This document shows, piece after piece, positions 56,959-64,000 of a stretch of DNA of 64,000 nucleotides. The first letter of the stretch is position 1. Every line of letters begins with the position of its first letter. Under the pieces are notes generated by a model, which was not told the origin of the DNA, made no database searches, and saw only the letters and a program-made list of their open reading frames with translations. Source of the DNA: Syntrophales bacterium (GTDB taxonomy: Bacteria > Desulfobacterota > Syntrophia > Syntrophales > UBA6807); contig JAXGPA010000002.1 of NCBI GenBank assembly GCA_040767195.1, positions 192,001 through 256,000 on the forward strand, written 5' to 3'. Made by a program: the position numbers and the translations under genes.

Positions 56959-58227
56959 ATGGCCCATCACGCAGAGTTGACACTGCTTCCTTCCCGTTTG
57001 ACGGGGAAAATGATTCATCTCGAAGGGCAGCTTCGAACCGGGGGAAAATCCTCTATTCGTCTCTGGTACAGAATACCCGCTGAATTCAAGGACTGGGTCA
57101 CCGACCGGGCTGATCCCTTCGTTCTCGGCTTTCTCTTCCCGGCCATGCAGACCGGGCGGCCTGTCCTTGTCCGGGGAACCGTCTCGCCCTCCCTGCTTCG
57201 GAACCTCGAGGAATTCATGGCCGTCTGGCAGGCCTGGAGGCCGGACCGGTACCGGCAGGTGGAAATCATCCCGGACCAGGAGGAAGAGGCCGTCGAAGGG
57301 CCGGGAAACGGAGAAGCCGTCATGCCCTTTTCCGGGGGCGTCGATTCCTGCTTCACCGCCTGGAGACACAGAAAGGCCCTGGCGGGAAGGCGTTCGACGA
57401 ACCTGACGGCGGGGGTATTCATCCACGGGTTCGACATCCCGCTCAGGAGAAGCCGCTCTTTCGATCTATCACAGAGAAGGAACGAGGAGCTTCTTGGAAG
57501 CATCGGGATGACGCTCATCCCCCTTGCCACAAATTTCAGAGACCTCCCGGTCAGCTGGGCCGATTCCCATGCCGCCGCCCTTGTGTCCTCCCTGACCTTG
57601 TTCGGAAAAAGGTTTTCCCGGATCGTGGTCGCCTCGTCGGAACCCTACGTCAGCTTCGTCACCGGTAAGATATGGGGAAGCAACCCCCTCACCGACCGGA
57701 TGCTGTCCTCCGACAGGCTGAAGGTGATCTATGACGGGGCGGAATATTCGAGAATCGAAAAAATACAGTCCATGAGCGACTGGCCGGAGGCGCTCCGCTT
57801 CCTTCGGGTATGCTGGGAGGGAAAGGAGAAACACGAAAACTGCTGCCGGTGCGTGAAATGCATTCGGAATATTCTCATCTTCCGGGCCCTGGGAAAGGGA
57901 CTCCCCCCCTGTTTTCCGAGGGACGCATCGGATGATGACATTCGGAAGCTTTCCGTGAAAGGAACCTTTTCACAAATTGATTTTACAGACGTCATGGAAA
58001 TGGCAATGAGCAAAGGATATGGTGAGGCATCGTGGGTTACCGCCATGAGGGAAGCCCTGGGCAGAAAACCCCGGATCGGCGGTGCCCATGAGGCGGCAAA
58101 GAACCTGTTATTCCAGCGAAGCCCGACGAGCCATCTTTTCCGTTCCCTGATTTCCCTGATGCGGCGTTTCGGCGCTGGATCCCGGATGCATGACATCTCC
58201 CCCACAACAGGGGAAGGTTCCCCGTGA
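56959..58227 (+). CDS. PP-loop protein with a QueC-like Cys cluster (paralogue 2)
   Basis: MPFSGGVDS, WGSN, SRIEK, RVCW...NCCRCVKC; collinear with paralogue 1. Confidence 0.7.
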   Translation: MAHHAELTLLPSRLTGKMIHLEGQLRTGGKSSIRLWYRIPAEFKDWVTDRADPFVLGFLFPAMQTGRPVLVRGTVSPSLLRNLEEFMAVWQAWRPDRYRQVEIIPDQEEEAVEGPGNGEAVMPFSGGVDSCFTAWRHRKALAGRRSTNLTAGVFIHGFDIPLRRSRSFDLSQRRNEELLGSIGMTLIPLATNFRDLPVSWADSHAAALVSSLTLFGKRFSRIVVASSEPYVSFVTGKIWGSNPLTDRMLSSDRLKVIYDGAEYSRIEKIQSMSDWPEALRFLRVCWEGKEKHENCCRCVKCIRNILIFRALGKGLPPCFPRDASDDDIRKLSVKGTFSQIDFTDVMEMAMSKGYGEASWVTAMREALGRKPRIGGAHEAAKNLLFQRSPTSHLFRSLISLMRRFGAGSRMHDISPTTGEGSP

Positions 58228-58231
58228 GCGC

Positions 58232-59761
58232 ATGGATCCTGAAGCGCAGGAAAAATCGAATCGTCTGAGCGGACCGGGAATACGCTCCATCGCGCGGAAT
58301 GCCTTCTATCTCATGGGAAGCCACTGGGTGAACATCGCCATCCGGCTGTGCTATGTCGTCTTTCTCGCCCGGTGGCTCGGCCCGGAACTCTACGGCCTTT
58401 TCAATTACGCCATGTCCTGGTACATGGTGATGCTGCCTCTCGCCGGCCTGGGGCTGGGAATCATCATGGGCCGCGAAATCCCCCGGAATCCCGACCGCCG
58501 GTCCGATGTGCTGTCGGGAACTTTTTCGCTCCGCGTCATCAGTTCGGCTTTCTGCGCCCTGCTGTGCGCCCTTTCGGGGCTCCTCCTGGAAGAAAACCCG
58601 GAAGCCCGGCGTGTTCTTCTCGTTTTCTCCACGGCCCTCATGGGAAGAAGTATGGCCTACTGGGCCTCCAGCGCCTTCACCGCTTTCGAGTCGAGCCAGT
58701 ACATCCTTCTTTTTCATTCCATTTTTAGATTCGTCGAACTTCTCTTCTCGGTGACCTGCATCCTCCTGGGCGGTGGACTTCTGGGACTGTCGCTGATCCA
58801 TTCTCTCAGCTGGTGGGCCGAAGCGATGTTCAGCCTGCTCTGGATAAAAAGATCCTTTTCCCCCGTGGCCTTCCGCATCAGGAAGAAGGAACTCGCGAAT
58901 TATTTCAGCCGCGGCCTGTTGCTCGGAATCTTCGCCCTTTCCTACGCCTTCGTTCTCCAGGGTCCTCTTATCCTGTACCGGTATACAGCGGGACTGGGAT
59001 CGGATCTCGGCCAGCTCGCCCTGGCCATGCAGGCGCTCATCCTCCTGGCCTCCCTGCCGGGATTTCTAACAGCCGGTGCGCTTCCCGTTCTGAGCCGGTC
59101 CATCCTGAGAGGGGACGGGAAAGCCCGCTTTTTCACCGAGTCCACCATCCGGGTTACAATCATCGCGGGGACGGCCCTGGGACTGACGGGCCTGGCGGTC
59201 CTGCCCTGGTTCGTCGAAAAGATCTTCGGCCCGTCATACGGAAACGCGGGAAGCCTTCTCGGCTGGACGCTCTGGTTTCTTGTTCCCGTCGCCGTGAATA
59301 CCATGATTAGGGGCGTCTTTCAGGCCAGGGGGGAATACGCGGTACCGACTCTTTTTTCCCTTGCCGGCGCGTCCGTTCTCCTTTTGGTCATCTACCCGGC
59401 CATATCCCTCATGGGACCGGCAGGAGTCATCGGTGCCCTGGGACTGGCCCTCCTTGTCGAAACCGCGGGGCTCGTCAAGGCGGCCCGGCAGGCCGTCCAC
59501 CTGGATATCCGGACCACATTTCTCAAGCCGTTCCTCACGGCCCTGGCCGCCGCCGTTGTGTTTTTATTAGGAAGCGAGTATCCCGTCGCGGCCCTTCCCG
59601 CAAGCATGGCGGTTCTTCTCGCGGGAACGGTTTTTCTCCGCCTCCTTTCCCCGGAAGAAATTTTCGCGGCGAGGCATGTCTTCCGGTCATTCTCGTCCCT
59701 TGCCAAGGAGGAAGAAAGCGGAGAACCGGGACAACCGTCGAGCGGCAAAAGCCGGTCTTGA
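58232..59761 (+). CDS. wzx: Oligosaccharide flippase (Wzx / MOP family)
   Basis: SIARNAFYL, LARWLGPELYGLF, GLG...REI, LPVLSR, FGPSY; about 14 TM segments. Confidence 0.85.
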   Translation: MDPEAQEKSNRLSGPGIRSIARNAFYLMGSHWVNIAIRLCYVVFLARWLGPELYGLFNYAMSWYMVMLPLAGLGLGIIMGREIPRNPDRRSDVLSGTFSLRVISSAFCALLCALSGLLLEENPEARRVLLVFSTALMGRSMAYWASSAFTAFESSQYILLFHSIFRFVELLFSVTCILLGGGLLGLSLIHSLSWWAEAMFSLLWIKRSFSPVAFRIRKKELANYFSRGLLLGIFALSYAFVLQGPLILYRYTAGLGSDLGQLALAMQALILLASLPGFLTAGALPVLSRSILRGDGKARFFTESTIRVTIIAGTALGLTGLAVLPWFVEKIFGPSYGNAGSLLGWTLWFLVPVAVNTMIRGVFQARGEYAVPTLFSLAGASVLLLVIYPAISLMGPAGVIGALGLALLVETAGLVKAARQAVHLDIRTTFLKPFLTALAAAVVFLLGSEYPVAALPASMAVLLAGTVFLRLLSPEEIFAARHVFRSFSSLAKEEESGEPGQPSSGKSRS

Positions 59762-59795
59762 CAGGACCATGGCAAAATGAAATAAAAACAGGCTG

Positions 59796-60845
59796 GTGCC
59801 CGTCATGAAAGATAAGGGAAAAACGCCCCGATTTACCATTGTCTTATCCGTCGAACACTCCGAGAAAGACCTGGGCCTGTGCCTGGATTCCCTTGCAAAT
59901 CTGGATTACCGGAAAGACGAATACCGGATTGCAGCCGTCGAATGCGGCGCCGTGCCGGAAATCGGCAGGTTTCTTAAGGATAATGGACCCTTCGGCGTTC
60001 TTGATATTCAAGTGTTTTCCCTGCCGCCCAAAACATTGGAATCGAAGAAGGTCCCCGCTCATCTAGCCCGCGTCAACGAGGGCAGGAACAAGGCCATCGA
60101 AAGCCTTCCCGCCGAATACTATGTCTTCACGGAAACCGACTGCACGTTCCCTTCCGACTGGTTGCGAAAAATTGACGCCCACCTGGACGATCGGCCGGGA
60201 ATTCTCGGAGGACCAGACGTTCTTCCCGACAAAATGGATACCATCACTAACGTCATCGACGTTATCCTGAATTCGCCTGTTGGAACCGGTGGCATACGCC
60301 CAGGGGAAAAAGGGACGTCAAAGCAGTATTTCCCCCACAAGGAAAACATGGTCATTCCGGCCGCCGTCCTTCAATCCGTCGGAAAATTCCCGGAAAACAA
60401 TATATTCGGGGCGGAAATGGAGATGACTAACCGAATTCTCGAGGCGGGATACACCGTTAAATATATGGACGACAATCCGGTCTACCACAGGAGGATCACA
60501 TCGCTCCGGAATTTCCTTGGTATCACAAGCTACCGGGCTTCTGAAAAAATTGCCCTCCTGGGAAAGCGAATATCCCTTCTGCGAGTTCTTCGCTACCTCG
60601 TTCCGGGAGTCGCTGCTTTCATTCTCATCCTCGCGCTCCTGGCGCCCTTCTTTTCCTGGAGCCGCTGGTTTCTCGGTCTTGTCGCTCTTTTTTACGGGGG
60701 AATCATCACCTGGGTATCCCTTCGGGGGGCTCTTCAAAAAAAGAGCGTCCTTGTGGGACTGGGTGTCTTCTTTATTCTGCCTCTCTTCCACTGGAACATA
60801 GCCACCGGTGTCCTGTCCGGCATCCTGAAGAAGAAGGCTGTTTGA
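59796..60845 (+). CDS. Glycosyltransferase family 2-like protein with an atypical DxD motif
   Basis: CLDSLANLDY, GRN, FTETDC, DWL, GGPD, NMVI, VYHRR, C-terminal TM segments. Confidence 0.78.
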   Translation: MPVMKDKGKTPRFTIVLSVEHSEKDLGLCLDSLANLDYRKDEYRIAAVECGAVPEIGRFLKDNGPFGVLDIQVFSLPPKTLESKKVPAHLARVNEGRNKAIESLPAEYYVFTETDCTFPSDWLRKIDAHLDDRPGILGGPDVLPDKMDTITNVIDVILNSPVGTGGIRPGEKGTSKQYFPHKENMVIPAAVLQSVGKFPENNIFGAEMEMTNRILEAGYTVKYMDDNPVYHRRITSLRNFLGITSYRASEKIALLGKRISLLRVLRYLVPGVAAFILILALLAPFFSWSRWFLGLVALFYGGIITWVSLRGALQKKSVLVGLGVFFILPLFHWNIATGVLSGILKKKAV

Positions 60846-60856
60846 GCTGAGGACCC

Positions 60857-61987
60857 ATGGCTTCTATTCAAAGCGGAAAAATCGCCTGCTTGATCCGGGG
60901 GCTCCTCCTGCCGGAAAAATACGGCATTCTGTTCGACAGGCAGACCTTCCCGTTGAAACACCTGTCCTGGCAGAAAAAACTGAATTACGTCATTCAGGGA
61001 ATCCGAAGCGGATTCAATCCCTGGAACGGGTTTGGGTTACCCCCGGTTCTCCAGATCGAACCCGTGAATGACTGCAATCTCCGCTGCCGGACCTGCGCGT
61101 TCGGAGCCGGCCTGATCCGCAGGCCGCCTGAAGCCATGCCCTTCGATCTCTACAAGTCGATCATCGACCAGGTCGCAAACAGGGTGAGCCTCATGGCCTT
61201 CTGGGCCTGGGGCGAACCGTTTGCGCACGAAGAGGCCTGCGACATGATCCGGTATGCCAAGGACAGCGGCCTTCTCGTACACACGAGCACAAACGGTCAT
61301 TTTTTTACCACGGCGGCGGAAGCCCGCCGGGTCATCGATTCCGGCCTCGACAGCATCATCCTGTGCGTCGACGGGCTCGATCAGAGAACCTACGAAACAT
61401 ACCGCGTGAGAGGACAGCTTGAAAAAGTCCTGACCTCCACGGAAAATCTCGTGACCGAGAAAAGAAGGCTCGGGAAGGCGACACCGACAATCACTCTCCG
61501 TTTCCTTGTCATGAAACACAACGAACACCAAGTCGAGGCTTTCAAGGCAATGGCCCGGGAGATGGGCGTGGACGCCTTGAGCCTCCGCCTTCCCGCCGTC
61601 CAGCGGGAAAAGGTCAACCTGGAGAAAACCCTGGCCCCCCGTCTGATGCCGATCCAGGAGGATTCTGGGGAAAAAAGGCACCGGGGAAGCCGGATATGGT
61701 GTCCATCTTCGGCACCCTGCAGCCGGCCTTTGGCGAATCTCACGATTTTCAGCAACGGGGATGTCGTTCTCTGCGAAAACGACTACAATGCCGAGTTCTC
61801 TCCGGGGAATGCTTCCCGAAACCGCATTCGGGATATTCTTTCGTCCAGAAAGGCGAAAGCTCTTCTTGAAGCTTTCCGGCGAAATCCTGAAAGCCTGCCT
61901 TTTTGCCGAAACTGTGACAAACACGACCTGAAAGGCGACAGGCTGAACATCTACCACCGGAAAATCGAAAAGGAGACTTCCACCTGA
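60857..61987 (+). CDS. Radical SAM protein with SPASM/twitch domain
   Basis: CNLRCRTC, WGEP, STNG, C...I..NGDVVLCEND...FCRNC. Confidence 0.9.
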   Translation: MASIQSGKIACLIRGLLLPEKYGILFDRQTFPLKHLSWQKKLNYVIQGIRSGFNPWNGFGLPPVLQIEPVNDCNLRCRTCAFGAGLIRRPPEAMPFDLYKSIIDQVANRVSLMAFWAWGEPFAHEEACDMIRYAKDSGLLVHTSTNGHFFTTAAEARRVIDSGLDSIILCVDGLDQRTYETYRVRGQLEKVLTSTENLVTEKRRLGKATPTITLRFLVMKHNEHQVEAFKAMAREMGVDALSLRLPAVQREKVNLEKTLAPRLMPIQEDSGEKRHRGSRIWCPSSAPCSRPLANLTIFSNGDVVLCENDYNAEFSPGNASRNRIRDILSSRKAKALLEAFRRNPESLPFCRNCDKHDLKGDRLNIYHRKIEKETST

Positions 61988-63099
61988 TGGAGAAGCTGGC
62001 CAAGAAGATCCTCTTCCGTCACGGCGGGTATGAGGCAGCGAGAAAAATCCATTATTTCCTGGCAACCCGGAAGTTGGAAAGAAAGATAGGTCGCTTTCAG
62101 GAAACAGGGCGCCTGCCTCTGCCCGATTCCGCCATGTTCGAACTCACCCAGCGGTGCAACCTGAACTGCCGGATGTGCTACCAGGACCGTAAGGCCCTGA
62201 CGGAAAAATCCGAGATCGAAGGCCGGGAAATCGGGAGTTTTTTCCAGGAGAATTCTTTTCTGAAAAAAGTGACCCTTTACGGTGGCGAAATATTCCTTCG
62301 GAAGGACCTTCTGGACATCGTCCGTTCTCTCGGTCCCGGCCGGAACATCATCCTCCCTACGAACGGAACCCTGGTCGGGGAGCGGCACGTGGAAGAACTG
62401 AAACGACTCGACTCCGTCAGCACGATGTGCATCTCCCTGGATGGGCCCGCCGACATTCACGATGCCATCCGGGGACGGAGCGGAACCTTCCGGAAGGCCG
62501 CAGAGACCGCTCGCTCCCTGGCTCCGGTCATTCCCGTCACGGTCACATCGGTCATACAGAACGACAACATCGAGGTCCTTCCAGAAATGGTCGATTTTTG
62601 CGCCTCCCTGGGCGTCCGCAAGGTGAAATACGAAATAGAACGCCTGTACGGAGAAGAAAGAATGAACCGGACGATCCGTTCGGCAGGTCTTCACGAAGGG
62701 GAAACGGCGGTTCTCATGAAGGGCAGAATCCGGGACTACTCACTGGAGACGTTGCGCCGTGTTTTGGAAGAATGCCTGCGGAAGGGAAAAAAGAGAGGCG
62801 TCTACGTCACATTTGAACCGCCCTACCTGATGGAGGAACTCGAAAGCTGCTATCACAACAACCTCCGCCAGAAATACCGGTGTTTCTGCCGCGGATTCTC
62901 CATGGCGACCATCGCCCCCGACGGCGACGTTCTGCACTGTTACGTCATCCGCAAAACCTTCGGAAACATCAGGGAACGATCTCTCGCCGACATCTGGAAT
63001 TCCCCAGAGGCTGCCCGTTTCCGCAAAAACCTCCTCGAACAGAACCTGACGCCGATCTGTGAGAACTGCGGGTTCATGACCCTCGGAAAGAATAAATGA
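61987..63099 (+). CDS. Radical SAM protein with SPASM/twitch domain
   Basis: CNLNCRMC, GGE, TNG, ISLDG...HDAIRG, C...IAPDGDVLHC...FGNI...CENC. Confidence 0.92.
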   Translation: MEKLAKKILFRHGGYEAARKIHYFLATRKLERKIGRFQETGRLPLPDSAMFELTQRCNLNCRMCYQDRKALTEKSEIEGREIGSFFQENSFLKKVTLYGGEIFLRKDLLDIVRSLGPGRNIILPTNGTLVGERHVEELKRLDSVSTMCISLDGPADIHDAIRGRSGTFRKAAETARSLAPVIPVTVTSVIQNDNIEVLPEMVDFCASLGVRKVKYEIERLYGEERMNRTIRSAGLHEGETAVLMKGRIRDYSLETLRRVLEECLRKGKKRGVYVTFEPPYLMEELESCYHNNLRQKYRCFCRGFSMATIAPDGDVLHCYVIRKTFGNIRERSLADIWNSPEAARFRKNLLEQNLTPICENCGFMTLGKNK

Positions 63100-63115
63100 C
63101 GCCGGAACCTCACGA

Positions 63116-64000
63116 TCAATAAAAGAGCCTTCCGTTCAACCGGCCGATGGCGTGAAGGGTAGCCCTGTCCAGAACGTTTCGATGTTTCAGAACAGCGGGG
63201 ACGCCCTTGAGACAATCCCTGATTCCATAAATGTAAGACAGGAAATGCCGCTCCCGAAGAGCTCTCAGAAAGAGATATCCCCACCAGAAACAGGCATAAG
63301 AAACCACGCAAGGCCAGGGAAGGTTGCGAAGAGAAAGCCATACCCGGTTTCTGGCATTGGAGTAGATCCATCGATCCGACGGCCTCGCCTCGGGGCTCAC
63401 CCGGTGGTGGACGACGAGATCGGAAGCCCGGACGATCCGGTATCCCCGCCGCAGCACCCGCCAGGAAAGATCCAGTTCTTCGCAGCCATAGAAGAAAGGC
63501 TCGAAAAAAGCACCCACCTCCTCTACGATCTCCCGGCGAATCGCGAAAGCCACGGCACAGAAATAGGAGGCCTCATAGTCTTCATGAAGGACGGCCTTGT
63601 CCCTTCGAGGAATGGCCGCGTAGTCTGTTTCTCCCGAGGGAAAGAGGCGGGAGTCGGCGTTCAGGATTCCCAGGGCCGGATCCTGCCGAAACCGTTCCCG
63701 GATTCTCGACAGGGCTTTCGAATCGGCAAAAGAGGCGTCATCATCGAGGAAAACCAGGAGATCTCCCGTTGCCAGGCGGATGCCGGCGTTCCGTCCGCCC
63801 GTCGGTCCCCCGTTGGCGTTGAGCCGCTTGAAACGGACATTCCGCCAGCCCTCGAGATAGATTTTCCCTTCCGCCGTGGAACCGTTGTCCACGACGACGA
63901 GTTCGAAATCCCCGTCCTGGCACCTCAGAGTCGCCAGGGTCCGGTTGATTTCGTCGTACCGGTTGTAGGTTATGAGGATGAGGCTGACCGACGGCGAGGG
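63116..64000 (-). CDS. Glycosyltransferase family 2 (5' end beyond the window)
   Basis: The frame stays open to 64000: VSLILITYNR...VVVDNGS, GRNAG, FLDDD, EELDLSWR, RNR. Confidence 0.9.
   Translation of the reverse strand, partial: PSPSVSLILITYNRYDEINRTLATLRCQDGDFELVVVDNGSTAEGKIYLEGWRNVRFKRLNANGGPTGGRNAGIRLATGDLLVFLDDDASFADSKALSRIRERFRQDPALGILNADSRLFPSGETDYAAIPRRDKAVLHEDYEASYFCAVAFAIRREIVEEVGAFFEPFFYGCEELDLSWRVLRRGYRIVRASDLVVHHRVSPEARPSDRWIYSNARNRVWLSLRNLPWPCVVSYACFWWGYLFLRALRERHFLSYIYGIRDCLKGVPAVLKHRNVLDRATLHAIGRLNGRLFY

Noticed and set aside
55564..58227. Deazaguanine DNA-modification or queuosine synthesis system linking the QueC-like genes with queF/yhhQ
   Set aside because: The genes are about 50 kb apart with no queD, queE, folE or dpdA/tgt. 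yhhQ-queF is explained by ordinary preQ0 salvage.
48295..63099. RiPP cluster (lasso cyclase-like AsnB, radical SAM/SPASM enzymes, methyltransferases)
   Set aside because: No precursor peptide, RRE/PqqD domain, leader peptidase or peptide exporter was found. The context is glycosyltransferases, a pyruvyltransferase and a flippase.

Overview
High-GC bacterial chromosome segment; gene content and order suggest a Desulfobacterota/Syntrophales-like deltaproteobacterium (inference, no database search run). The first ~32 kb is mostly housekeeping genes on the minus strand: hisC, lipoate ligase, gcvH, M24 peptidase, TPR protein; yhhQ-queF on the plus strand; a pilMNOPQ operon followed by a 946-aa Ig-repeat lipoprotein; the rimP-nusA-infB-rbfA-truB-rpsO-pnp-dut cluster; tRNA-Gly(CCC); and rho-rpmE-prfA-prmC-murA-hisD. 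From 32 to 43.6 kb lie a CoA-transferase/sodium:solute symporter operon, two small Cys-rich proteins, an RND pump, truA and an ECF sigma/anti-sigma/Spy-like module. From 43.7 kb to the end is an unusual surface-glycan biosynthesis and tailoring locus that runs off the window. It holds two GT-C-like enzymes, a truncated MurF-like ligase, an asparagine-synthetase homologue lacking the catalytic Cys, a pyruvyltransferase, three GT2s, a flippase, three tandem methyltransferases plus a relic of a fourth, two tandem QueC-like PP-loop proteins and two radical SAM/SPASM enzymes. Features read by hand that the ORF track misses: two small genes (33718-33861, 35489-35647), a MITE-like insertion with a target-site duplication (2958-3120), the tRNA, and candidate sigma54 and ECF promoters. 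No CRISPR array, rRNA, integrase or transposase was seen. All family calls rest on motif recognition by eye.
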